The notes beneath the pieces are model-generated. The model made no database searches. It saw only the letters and a program-made list of their open reading frames with translations, and was not told where the DNA came from. The translations under genes and the position numbers were made by a program. Below, one piece after another: positions 41,460 to 50,881 of a DNA stretch of 64,000 nt. This stretch comes from Spirochaetota bacterium (GTDB lineage Bacteria > Spirochaetota > UBA12135 > COTS27 > CBDBHE01): assembly GCA_965205605.1 (NCBI GenBank), contig CBDBHE010000007.1:256001-320000 (forward strand). The letters run 5' to 3'. Position 1 is the stretch's first letter; each line of letters begins with the position of its first letter.

Positions 41460-42653
41460 GTGATAGTGCTAGGCATAGAGACGTCTTGTGATGACACGTG
41501 TGTAGGGATTGTAAAAGACGGGAAGGAAGTGTTAAGTCATGAAAAAAGTGATCAGGGAGAGTTTCATCGATGGTATGGGGGTGTGGTTCCTGAAATTGCC
41601 AGTCGAAAGCACTTAGAGATGGTTTTAGTGACTTTAGAGGGAGCGTTAAAAAAAGGGCACTGTGGATTAGAAGACATTGATCTCATCTGTGCGACGAGTG
41701 AGCCAGGGTTAGTGGGGTCTTTACAAATAGGGGTGAATGTTGCTAAGAGTTTGGCGTTTAGCTTGGGGAAGGCGTTTTTACCCATCAATCATTTAGCGGG
41801 GCATTTGTATTCTTTACATTTAGAGCAGGCGTGTGCCGAAGAGTTTTTGGGAGTAATTGTTTCAGGGGGGCATACTCTGCTTGTGCATGTGAAAAACCCC
41901 TTAGAGATGACGATTTTAGGCACGACATTAGACGATGCCATTGGGGAAGTGTTTGACAAAATTGGTTATTTTTTTAAATTAGGGTATCCAGGGGGGCCTC
42001 TGATTGAAAAGAAAGCAAAAAGAGGAAACGCAAAAGCGTATAAGTTTCCGATGGCCAAAATTAAAGACAGAGATAATCCGTATGCGATGAGCTATTCGGG
42101 TTTAAAAACAGCGGTGATTCACAACCGTAGGCAGTACCGTGCCCCTGGTTTTAATCACAAGGATTTTTGTTTAAACGATTTACTGGCGTCGTTTCAAAAG
42201 AGTGCTTTTTCATCGATTGTGAGTCAAAGCAAGAAAGCGGCTAAAAACCTTCATTTAAAAACAGTCGGTGTTTGTGGAGGGGTGGCTGCTAGTAAAAGGC
42301 TACAACAATTTTATAAAGAAGAGAGGGTGTTTTCTAAAATTATTTTCCCCAAAAAAAAAACCTATTGTGTGGATAATGCTGCAATGATCGCAGGGCTCGG
42401 AGGGTATGTGGCCAGAGTCAATCCCGAGATACTCAAAGGAAGTTTTAATGAAAAAAGTGAGTATCTTAGACAAGGAAGTCGTAGTCGTTTGTTTGAAAAA
42501 AACACAGGGGGTCTTGGTTTTAAAAAAAAGAAAAACCCTTTAAAGAAAAGCGCAAAGAAAAGCTCTTTAGGGATTTTATCAGCTGTAGCCCCCCCTTTTA
42601 TCAAGCAAAAAATCAGCGAGCAAGCGTTTCAATCGGCAACCGGCAAAAGATAG
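41460..42653 (+). CDS. tsaD: tRNA threonylcarbamoyltransferase
   Basis: LGIETSCDDT, GGVVPEIASRKH, HLAGH, VSGGHT, DDAIGE.FDK, DNAAMI. Confidence 0.97.
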   Translation: MIVLGIETSCDDTCVGIVKDGKEVLSHEKSDQGEFHRWYGGVVPEIASRKHLEMVLVTLEGALKKGHCGLEDIDLICATSEPGLVGSLQIGVNVAKSLAFSLGKAFLPINHLAGHLYSLHLEQACAEEFLGVIVSGGHTLLVHVKNPLEMTILGTTLDDAIGEVFDKIGYFFKLGYPGGPLIEKKAKRGNAKAYKFPMAKIKDRDNPYAMSYSGLKTAVIHNRRQYRAPGFNHKDFCLNDLLASFQKSAFSSIVSQSKKAAKNLHLKTVGVCGGVAASKRLQQFYKEERVFSKIIFPKKKTYCVDNAAMIAGLGGYVARVNPEILKGSFNEKSEYLRQGSRSRLFEKNTGGLGFKKKKNPLKKSAKKSSLGILSAVAPPFIKQKISEQAFQSATGKR

Positions 42654-42693
42654 GTAAAAAGATAGGTAAAAAAAAAAAAAGAAAGAAAACAAA

Positions 42694-43482
42694 ATGAAAA
42701 AAGGCATGCATTTTTTTAGACCTTGTCTTGATTTGCATGAAGGGAAGGTCAAGCAAATTGTCGGAAAAAGCCTAGGGAAAAGAGAAGGAATAAGAGAAAA
42801 CTTTGTAAGTGATCTCAGTAGTGAAGCTATCGCTCAAGTATACCGAAGAGATGGTTTACAAGGAGGGCACATGATTTTGCTAGGAGGAAAAGAAGGCAGG
42901 CAAGCAAACGAGCAAGCCGCTCTAAAGGCTCTAAAGGCCTACCCCAATGGGCTACAAGTAGGGGGAGGGGTGACAAGGGACAATGCTCTTTACTGGCTAA
43001 AGCAAGGAGCTAGTGGGGTGATTGTGACGTCGTTTATTTTAAGTGAAGAAGGGATTAATATAAATCGTTTAAAGCAACTGAAAAAAATCATCGGTCGAAA
43101 GCAATTAATTTTAGATTTAAGTGTGAAAAAAAAAGCAAAAGGAACCTATGTGATTGCCACAAAACAATGGCAAAAACAAACTAATCTTGTGTTAAATCAA
43201 GAGCGACTGGAAACATTAAGTGAGTATTGTGAAGAGTTTTTAATTCATTCTATTGACGCTGAGGGGGAAAAAAAAGGAGCTGATAAAGAGCTGATACGTT
43301 TACTCGTAAAGCTTTCGCCCATCAAAACCGTGTATGCAGGAGGCATCTCTAGCTACCAAGAAATTGAATGGATCGAGCACCTGAGTAAACAACATCAAAA
43401 CAAACTATTTTATAGTGTAGGGAGTGCGTTAGATTTGTTTGGAGGCGAGGGACTGTCGTATCAAAAGCTATCTTCGAGGTAA
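42694..43482 (+). CDS. hisA: ProFAR isomerase, eukaryotic HIS6-like type
   Basis: FRPCLDLHEGKVKQIVG, GGHMILLG, LQVGGG, EFLIH, YAGG, GSALDLFGG. Confidence 0.92.
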   Translation: MKKGMHFFRPCLDLHEGKVKQIVGKSLGKREGIRENFVSDLSSEAIAQVYRRDGLQGGHMILLGGKEGRQANEQAALKALKAYPNGLQVGGGVTRDNALYWLKQGASGVIVTSFILSEEGININRLKQLKKIIGRKQLILDLSVKKKAKGTYVIATKQWQKQTNLVLNQERLETLSEYCEEFLIHSIDAEGEKKGADKELIRLLVKLSPIKTVYAGGISSYQEIEWIEHLSKQHQNKLFYSVGSALDLFGGEGLSYQKLSSR

Positions 43483-43687
43483 GGGAGAGAAGGTTTTTAA
43501 AACTTTTTTATCTTTAAACGTCTTTAAGCTGTTTTTATTTTTAAATGGGGGCACAAACTTTAAGTCATTGATTTTTTTTTTCTTTTTTTTTCCTTGTGTT
43601 TTCTTTCCTTGTGTCTTTTTTCCTTGGGCTTTTTTTTTCATTTTTATTCTCCATCATTTTATTTTTAATTCATTTTATTTTTAAGAG

Positions 43688-43849
43688 CTACTTTTTTTTT
43701 TTATTTTTACCGAAAAAGACGGCCTTGATACTATAAAAAGCAATCAGGATGAAGATGCCAATCATAAATAAACGAAAGGTCAGCTTCCACAAAATAAGGA
43801 TGATGACAATTTGTAATAATAACACTAATGGTTTTTTTAAGTTTTTCAT
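43688..43849 (-). CDS. Small two-TM membrane protein
   Basis: MKNLKKPL start in ATGA overlap with the folB stop. Confidence 0.55.
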   Translation of the reverse strand: MKNLKKPLVLLLQIVIILILWKLTFRLFMIGIFILIAFYSIKAVFFGKNKKKK

Positions 43850-44304
43850 GTTGTTTTTTTCTCCTTGTTTTTTTTTTCTTGGTACCAATAAACGGCCCCA
43901 AATCGAGCATTTTTAATAGCGGTGAGTTTTTTCAGTTTAATCAAGACCGCTTTAATCTTAGTTTGACGAAACAAAAAACGAGTCAAGTCTGCTGCAAAGC
44001 CTTCTAGAAGATACGGTTTTGTTTTTAGAAACAAAGCCCTAATGTCTGCTGCCAAAAGGGCATAATCGATGGTTTCTTTCAAGCTCTCACTTGTTGAAGT
44101 AAAACTTAAGGGATTTAAATCTAAAAAAAGAGTTATCGAACAATCAAGCCGTTGTTTTTTTTTTCGTTCTTTTGGATAAACACCGACAATTCCTTTTAAC
44201 TTCAAGTTGGAAATGACCACCCCAAAACCTCTATTAACTGAGTTTGAAAAAGAATTACTTTCAGAAGGCACGATAAAACAAGTTTTTTTTTTTACTAATT
44301 TCAA
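43846..44304 (-). CDS. folB: Dihydroneopterin aldolase
   Basis: GIVGVYP.ER...Q, TIDY, LLE.FA. Confidence 0.85.
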   Translation of the reverse strand: MKLVKKKTCFIVPSESNSFSNSVNRGFGVVISNLKLKGIVGVYPKERKKKQRLDCSITLFLDLNPLSFTSTSESLKETIDYALLAADIRALFLKTKPYLLEGFAADLTRFLFRQTKIKAVLIKLKKLTAIKNARFGAVYWYQEKKNKEKKTT

Positions 44305-45293
44305 CTAATTTTATTTTGAGTTTCACCTTTTAAAAAAGCATGAATATTATTAAAAGCAAGTTTTAAAAGACGCTTTCTAGCAGAAAAGCTTGCCCAAGCA
44401 AAATGAGGACTGAGAGTTAAAAGAGAGGCTTTTTTTGGTAAATGAAGAAGGGGATGATTTTTAGGAGGAGGTTCGATAGTGAGGACATCGAGAGCAGCTC
44501 CTTTTATTCTCCGGTGAATAAGGGCAAGGTGCAAATCTTCTTCATCAACGAGCCCTCCTCTTGAAGTGTTAATTAAAATTGCTTCTGGTTTCATTTCATT
44601 AAAAAAAAATCGATTGGCCATTCTATGAGTCTGGGGAATGAGAGGACAATGCAAGCTAATGACATCACTTTTTTGGCAAAGTTCTTTTAGAGAAGCCATC
44701 ATCTTAACACATGTGCCTTTTGAATGGCCACTAGGAGTATAAGCGATGACGTTCATCCCAAAACTTCTCGCTACGCCAGCTGTAAATTGCCCCGTCTCTC
44801 CAAAGCCAACAAGCCCCATCGTCAAATCAGCCATCTCTTGTAAAGGAAAAAGCCAGTAGGCAAAATCTTTTCCTTTTGACCACATGCCTTGTTTAATAGA
44901 GTCTGTGTGTTTTTCAATGCCCATTAAGTGAGTAAAAAGATGAGCAAACACGCATTGGCTCACACTTGCCGTGCTATAAGCAGGAACATTGGTCACGGTA
45001 ATGTTTCTTTTTTTGACCGCCTCTTTATCAATGATTTCATGGCCCGTTGCAAGGACCCCAATATAACGAAGCTTTGGTAGCTTCCTTAAAACCTCTTCCC
45101 TTAAAGAAACTTTGTTGGTTAAAATCATACTCGCTTTACGGCAACGACTGACAATTTGTTTTTCTTGGGTGTGAGAGTAACAAGTGATACGACCAAAACT
45201 CAAAAAATCATCCCAACTCAAATCCCTATCTCGATTGAGAGGGCTTTCATCGAGAACAACTATACGTTCTTGAAGCTTCATTTTCTTTTCCAC
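44301..45293 (-). CDS. D-2-hydroxyacid (glycerate-type) dehydrogenase
   Basis: TNVPAYST, SDVISLHCPL, INTSRG, LDVL..EP, SPHFAW. Confidence 0.93.
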   Translation of the reverse strand: MEKKMKLQERIVVLDESPLNRDRDLSWDDFLSFGRITCYSHTQEKQIVSRCRKASMILTNKVSLREEVLRKLPKLRYIGVLATGHEIIDKEAVKKRNITVTNVPAYSTASVSQCVFAHLFTHLMGIEKHTDSIKQGMWSKGKDFAYWLFPLQEMADLTMGLVGFGETGQFTAGVARSFGMNVIAYTPSGHSKGTCVKMMASLKELCQKSDVISLHCPLIPQTHRMANRFFFNEMKPEAILINTSRGGLVDEEDLHLALIHRRIKGAALDVLTIEPPPKNHPLLHLPKKASLLTLSPHFAWASFSARKRLLKLAFNNIHAFLKGETQNKIS

Positions 45294-45362
45294 CTAATTT
45301 TGTAAGGGGCTTTTTTTATCTATCAATTGAATTCCGTGACTTAAGCTACGTTTTGAGCTGCG

Positions 45363-46304
45363 TTATAAAACATTCCCGCTGTCATCAAAGCTTATCATCA
45401 TCCCCTGTGGGTACACCTGCCCTCTGATGCTTGTAGAGGTATGTAATATCCCAGTGGCTACCTCTTCGTTTGGGTGAAAGGTAATTGGCCCCGCACCAAA
45501 AGAAATCATATTTCCCCCTACTTTGATTGTTATAGGTGTTGTAGAAGTATGTAATACCCCCGTGGCTACCTCTCCGCCTGGGTGAAAGGTAATGGGTCCT
45601 CCTCCAAAGGAAGCTGAAGCCCCACTAAAAAGAATTGTATTTTCCCCTACTTGTACTGGTATATTTACTTGCCCGTTGGGTAACGGCCCGCTTTTAATAC
45701 TGCCGTCTGGATAAAAAGTAAACGCCCCGCCAGTAGAAGAACTTATCCCACCACCAAACATTATCACTTGTCCCCCGACCCTTAGGTTTTGAGAGAAGGT
45801 TTCAAGTACAATGGCCCTTTTGACCTGTCCCGTTGCTTCATGAAATTGAATGTCAAAACTATCAAACGTTATCATTTGCTCCCCGACATTTAGCCGTTGA
45901 GGAGTGCCTTTGAGTAAAATGGCACTTTTTACCAGGCCCGTTGGGTAAAAGGTAAGCGTAGACTCTGAAGCAGCAAAGATTGTATTTAACACGTCCCCAT
46001 TTAACTCAATTGGTATCGACTGAACCCTCCCAAGCTCTCCGCTTTTCACATGCCCGTTTGGGTGAAAGGTAATGTCAATGGAGGGGTTCTCAAGATAATC
46101 AATCCCGTCGATGTTTGTCACGGGTGGGGGGGGTGGAAGTGGCGGTCTATTTGTCACGGGTGGGGGAGTGGGTGGCTCGGGTGTGATGGGAGGGGGTACA
46201 ACGACCCCTTCTTCTTCTTCTACTTCCGGCTCGTTTGGCAGCTCTCCACAAGAGACCAAAATCATCAAAAAAGCAACACTAAAAAATAAAGTCGTTTTTG
46301 TCAT
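45363..46304 (-). CDS. Beta-repeat lipoprotein 1 (MORN-variant-like repeats, Pro-rich linker)
   Basis: Lipobox LVSC; repeated ITF(H/Y)xxG.V.SG.L. Confidence 0.7.
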   Translation of the reverse strand: MTKTTLFFSVAFLMILVSCGELPNEPEVEEEEGVVVPPPITPEPPTPPPVTNRPPLPPPPPVTNIDGIDYLENPSIDITFHPNGHVKSGELGRVQSIPIELNGDVLNTIFAASESTLTFYPTGLVKSAILLKGTPQRLNVGEQMITFDSFDIQFHEATGQVKRAIVLETFSQNLRVGGQVIMFGGGISSSTGGAFTFYPDGSIKSGPLPNGQVNIPVQVGENTILFSGASASFGGGPITFHPGGEVATGVLHTSTTPITIKVGGNMISFGAGPITFHPNEEVATGILHTSTSIRGQVYPQGMMISFDDSGNVL

Positions 46305-46478
46305 CCCTGTTTTACCTCACCTGTAATAAAAATTTGATAGTTTGATTCGTTTTAACAATTTAACCCAAAATATTCTTATCCAAAATATTCTTATCCAAAA
46401 TATTCTTATCAATAGACTCGTATTATCGTATCAAAAAATAATAAAGACTAGGCTTTGCATCCCTTAGTTTATTTTAAA

Positions 46479-47375
46479 TCATCTAATGTTACCTTGTCTA
46501 TCAAAATTTAAAACCGTTCCTGCTAAATACATCACTCCCCCTAGAGCCGAATCCGTGTGTAATGTGCCTGATTTTATCGCTTCGTCTATGTAAAAGCTAA
46601 GCTTCACTCCTCTAAAATGAACCATCATTAACCCTACTCGAAAGTGATGATGTGAGAATAAATCAAGACTTGCAAGAGAGCCGTTTTCATGAAAAGTAAT
46701 CTCCGTTCCTCCGGTAGGTTGGACCTGATTTCCAGCCATTTCTATCGATCCAAGGGGGGTTTCACCGTTGGTTCCTTTCTTAATCCCGCCACTTATGTGA
46801 AAGGTGACTTCAGTATTTTCGTAAAAATAGACATATTCTGCTTTTACTTGTAATGATATCCTACTGCCCATCACTCCGCTTTCTATCTCGCCACCCCTGT
46901 AAAAATTAATCTCACTCCCTCCCTTAAACTCTATCTCCCTTCCCCCTTCTCCTACCTTTCCTACCCTTAGGGTTTGATTTGAACCCAGCACTCCCGTTTC
47001 TACCACTCCCGTTTTTACGGTCCCTATAGGACTCCTAATGTGAAAAGTAATCTCCCCCTCTTTACAAGCGACCTCCTTTCCATCTACTATGATGATTTGA
47101 TTTGAAAGTAACTCTCCGCTTCTTATCCGTCTGCTTGTGTTTGCGTCTGCGTAAAAAGTCGTACTCCCTACTTTAAACGCAACCTCCCTTCCCTCTATCA
47201 TGACAATTTCACTTGTTGGGACCAATTCTTCTTCTTTCTCTTCTTCTTCTTCTTCGGTTATTTCTTCTTGTGTTATTAGGGGTTCTTGGGACAACGAAGA
47301 GAAGGAGGTACAGGAAACTAAAAAGACTAAAATAACCAATAAGGCCATACTAAAAAATAAAGTCGTTTTCTTCAT
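46479..47375 (-). CDS. Beta-repeat lipoprotein 2
   Basis: MKKTTLFFS...LVSC; same repeat. Confidence 0.7.
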   Translation of the reverse strand: MKKTTLFFSMALLVILVFLVSCTSFSSLSQEPLITQEEITEEEEEEKEEELVPTSEIVMIEGREVAFKVGSTTFYADANTSRRIRSGELLSNQIIIVDGKEVACKEGEITFHIRSPIGTVKTGVVETGVLGSNQTLRVGKVGEGGREIEFKGGSEINFYRGGEIESGVMGSRISLQVKAEYVYFYENTEVTFHISGGIKKGTNGETPLGSIEMAGNQVQPTGGTEITFHENGSLASLDLFSHHHFRVGLMMVHFRGVKLSFYIDEAIKSGTLHTDSALGGVMYLAGTVLNFDRQGNIR

Positions 47376-47516
47376 GCGTCTCTTGTTTCCTTCCTTTATA
47401 AAAAACTTAATATAAAAAACTTAATCAAAACGTTGTTACTTTATCATTATAGTACGAAAAAATAATAAAGACCAAACCGCTCAAAGCAGCTCCAAGGCGA
47501 TTGATTTTTACAGAGG

Positions 47517-48680
47517 TTAAAATCCTACCCGTTCCCCTTGTTCACTGAAGGTTAGCTCATCATTTTGTAGGTAAGTAGTCTCTCCTATCGTTTGAGTTGA
47601 GGCTAAAGTCCCAGCTTGTATCTGGCCACTTTTGTAAAAGTAAATTGGTTTGTCTGAGCCAAAAGATATCCTATGTACTCCTACTTGCAGGGTTTGGACT
47701 GAGCTTAAATACCCAACTTTAATCTCGCCACTTTCGTAAAAATCAAGAAAAAAAATGCCAAAAGAAAGGCTATTTTGCCCTAAGACAACGGTTTGAGGTG
47801 AAGCTAAAAATCCAGTTTTTAACGCCCCGCTTTCGTAAAAAGAAATTAAATGATTTGCGGCAAAACTTATCTGATTTGCCCCAGTGGAAATGCTTAAAGG
47901 CATGTCTAATGTCCCCCTTAATACCTTGCCACTTTCGTGAAAAGAAAGTTTATCAGAAAAAGTCACCGAGTTTCCCCCTAATTGAAATGTGTGGGCTCCG
48001 GCTAGATTTCCGCCTTCGATTTCGCCCCTTTGGGAAAAGTAAATGCTACCAGAAAAAGTTATCCTATTTCCCCCTAGTAATACCTCTTGAGAACGGTGTA
48101 AAACCCCTGTTTTTACCACGCCGTTGTTGTGAAAAGTCATCCAAGCACGACTAAAATCTAGTGAAAATTCTCCAATCATTATCGATTGAGATGAGACAGG
48201 TAGCTGTCCGCTTTTTACCGTCCCATTTTGGTAAAAATGAATCTCCCCTCGGTCAAATCTCACGTTGTTTCTCCCAACGATTAAAGTTTGCTCTGAGGCT
48301 AATCGTCCGCTTTTTATCGTCCCGTTTTCGTAAAAATTAATCTCCCCAAATCTAACGCTGTTTCTCCCAACGATTAAAGTTTGCTCTGAGGCTAATCGTC
48401 CGCTTTTTACCATCCCGTTTTCGTAAAAATCAATGACTTGGTCTGCAGCATACACTACCCCTCCAATTTCTCCATTCTCTTCTAAAATGCCACTGCGTAC
48501 ATTCCCATTCATATAAAAACTAACACTACCAGCTTTATAAGCTACTAAATAAGCTACTAAAGTTGCTTCCGTGATTTTCTCCTCCTCAAGTAGCTCCCCA
48601 CAAGAAATCAAAATAAGAAAAAAAATACCCCTAAAAAATAAAATTGTTTTTCTCACGGTTGTTTTGACCCCATCATCCAT
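47517..48680 (-). CDS. Beta-repeat lipoprotein 3 (likely GTG start at 48656)
   Basis: RKTILFF...LISC; about 10 F(Y/H)xxG..KSG.L repeats. Confidence 0.7.
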   Translation of the reverse strand: MDDGVKTTVRKTILFFRGIFFLILISCGELLEEEKITEATLVAYLVAYKAGSVSFYMNGNVRSGILEENGEIGGVVYAADQVIDFYENGMVKSGRLASEQTLIVGRNSVRFGEINFYENGTIKSGRLASEQTLIVGRNNVRFDRGEIHFYQNGTVKSGQLPVSSQSIMIGEFSLDFSRAWMTFHNNGVVKTGVLHRSQEVLLGGNRITFSGSIYFSQRGEIEGGNLAGAHTFQLGGNSVTFSDKLSFHESGKVLRGTLDMPLSISTGANQISFAANHLISFYESGALKTGFLASPQTVVLGQNSLSFGIFFLDFYESGEIKVGYLSSVQTLQVGVHRISFGSDKPIYFYKSGQIQAGTLASTQTIGETTYLQNDELTFSEQGERVGF

Positions 48681-48760
48681 AAAAAATAAAAATCTTTTGT
48701 TTGACTTTAAAGATTAACACCCAATATCAAAATGATAAAAACATTATCAACGCTATTATA

Positions 48761-49035
48761 ATCTAAAAAAAATATCAAGCAAAATAAGTCTCTGTTTATG
48801 ATTAGACGTCAAGCATATCAAAAAAAATTAAAATCTTGCTTAAAGAAGAAATGCCAAGCAAAAAGAGTCTTTGTTTAAAAAAAAAAACACATAAAAAAAA
48901 ACATAAAATAATAAAACAAAGAGTATTTCTATTTATGATTAGACGTCAAGCACATTTTTTTTTTATATTCTTGACACTCTTTTTTAAACAGAGATTTTCT
49001 TTGCTTTATTATTTCTTCTTTAATTAAGCACATAA
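48761..49035. repeat. Cluster of four copies of the phage-module dispersed element
   Basis: TTGAC-N10-AAACAGAGA-N5-TTTGCTT type copies, three on minus and one on plus. Confidence 0.75.
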
Positions 49036-49044
49036 AAAAAAAGT

Positions 49045-50046
49045 TTAACCCAGTCGAGTGCCAACCCAAGTGCGGAAAAACTTCCAATTGATAGGTCTTC
49101 TCAGGCAGATTTTTTTGTAAAACTCATACTGTTCTCCATCCATTGATTTTCTAAGGGCTTTTTGATAACGAGGAAGAAGAACTTCTAAAGCATCAAAAGT
49201 AGAAACCCCCAAACGACCATCATCAGCAAGCTTGTCTTTTAACAGCCCGTAAGAACAATGATTGATGGCTCGCTGAAGAAACTTAACGGCTTGTTTTTGA
49301 CCCACGTTAACAGCCGTATCAAAGAGCTCCATACGGACTTCAAAAGAAGAGATTTTGTGGCATTTAAGAGGAAGCCAAAAAGTGTTTTTATAAAAATCTT
49401 CAACGCTAGCTTGTAAAGAAAGGTGAGAGCTTAAGTTTTTAGGAAAAGCAGACTTGTTTTTTTTAAGCGTATCAATGGTCTTCCATCCAGACCATTTTGG
49501 GTGAAACTTACGAGAAACCCCTCGGTAAGTTTCACCCCCCCTATCATCTTTATCATGGACATAGCCGCCTTCATGATGGAGTGTTTTTTGTAAAATCGCT
49601 TGGAACGTTTGCTGCTCTCCTGTCGTTAAAATAAGTTGCTTTTCAATCCTTTCTTTGGCCTCAATTTGCTTGACAACCACCTTGCTTAACGACCGTTTTT
49701 CACTCATCTTCCCCAGCTCCCCAATGCCCAAAATAGACCCTAAAACAATCATAATCACCCCCTCCCCTATGCCTTCATAAATGGCTAAATATTCTTTTAA
49801 AATCCCTTGTAAAAAAGAAACCCTTCCCAAAAGAGGCGATAAAATTAAAATTAAAAAAAGACCCACAAAACAAAGAGCCGTTAACTGATACAAAAATGTT
49901 GAAAAATTAAGCTTCTTATGCTCGAGCTCCCCCATCAATCGACTGTGTTCTCTTTTTTCCCTCTCTTCCTTGTCCCCTGAAAAACCCGTTATTAAACTCT
50001 TGCTTTCTTTTAAAATATTCCCCACTCCACTTAAAAGATTGATCAT
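49045..50046 (-). CDS. GH108 endolysin with N-terminal holin-like membrane domain
   Basis: HEGGYVHDKDDRGGETYRGV, LFDTAVNVG, DGRLG, KFFRTW..R; two TM segments in the first 120 aa. Confidence 0.9.
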   Translation of the reverse strand: MINLLSGVGNILKESKSLITGFSGDKEEREKREHSRLMGELEHKKLNFSTFLYQLTALCFVGLFLILILSPLLGRVSFLQGILKEYLAIYEGIGEGVIMIVLGSILGIGELGKMSEKRSLSKVVVKQIEAKERIEKQLILTTGEQQTFQAILQKTLHHEGGYVHDKDDRGGETYRGVSRKFHPKWSGWKTIDTLKKNKSAFPKNLSSHLSLQASVEDFYKNTFWLPLKCHKISSFEVRMELFDTAVNVGQKQAVKFLQRAINHCSYGLLKDKLADDGRLGVSTFDALEVLLPRYQKALRKSMDGEQYEFYKKICLRRPINWKFFRTWVGTRLG

Positions 50047-50058
50047 TTTTTCTCTCCT

Positions 50059-50202
50059 TTATTTTTTTTTGATACTCTTAACGTTCTTTTTTATTTTTTT
50101 TTGAAACACTTCTTCTGGCATCAGCACCAAAGCCATCAGGGCCACAAAAATAATTAAAGAAGGGCTTAAGTAAACAATTTGTACCATTTCAATTTGGACC
50201 AT
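50059..50202 (-). CDS. 47-aa single-TM protein, holin/antiholin-like (unannotated)
   Basis: MVQIEMVQIVYLSPSLIIFVALMALVLMPEEVFQKKIKKNVKSIKKK; AAGGA upstream. Confidence 0.5.
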   Translation of the reverse strand: MVQIEMVQIVYLSPSLIIFVALMALVLMPEEVFQKKIKKNVKSIKKK

Positions 50203-50245
50203 TTTATTTTTCCTTTTTTATTTTTCCTTTTTTATTTTTCCTTTT

Positions 50246-50767
50246 TTATTTTTCCTTACAAGTTATCTTTTCTAAGTTGTCTTTTCTAAGTTGCCTTCTC
50301 TGAATTGTTTTTTTTCTTTTTTTAGAGCTACTTGGGGAGTTTTTGGGCTTAAGCTCAAAAGAGATTTTACTTTCTTTTAAACTCAGCAAAAAATGAAACC
50401 CTTCAAACAGCTTGATTGACAAAAAATGAAGTAAAAAACAAAAGGGAGCCATCAGTAAAAAATAAAAATCTCTCCCATCATCCCACGCCTTTTCACTCAT
50501 TTTAAAGGTAATAAACACATACGGGCACACCATCACTGAAAAAGCAACGACTTTACGATGAAGATCAACACTTTCAATGCTTTCAAACGAATCCCTAAAA
50601 ACCCACATCACCATAAATCGAAAGACTTCTGCCATGGCAATCGAAATCAAGATGACCCCTAAAATCATTGAGATGAGACTTTCTTGAGTTAAAAAAGAAA
50701 CGATGTTACAAAAAAACTTTAACAAGTTTTCTTGATTAGAAAATAAAACTTCAATGAACGCCTGCAA
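50246..50767 (-). CDS. Multi-TM membrane protein, putative holin
   Basis: About 3 TM segments, basic C-tail, between tail fibre and endolysin. Confidence 0.5.
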   Translation of the reverse strand: MQAFIEVLFSNQENLLKFFCNIVSFLTQESLISMILGVILISIAMAEVFRFMVMWVFRDSFESIESVDLHRKVVAFSVMVCPYVFITFKMSEKAWDDGRDFYFLLMAPFCFLLHFLSIKLFEGFHFLLSLKESKISFELKPKNSPSSSKKRKKTIQRRQLRKDNLEKITCKEK

Positions 50768-50881
50768 GTTTTTTTTCTTTTAGTTTTTTTTCTTTTAGTT
50801 TTTTTTCTTTTAAAAGGCTAGAAAGGATAAGAAAAGGTTTTTTTTTACCGATGGGTAAAATGGTCTGAGTGAAAGTGGTCA

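Noticed and set aside
48680-49045. Prophage att site, integrase or tRNA at the left boundary
   Set aside because: None recognisable; only the dispersed element copies are present
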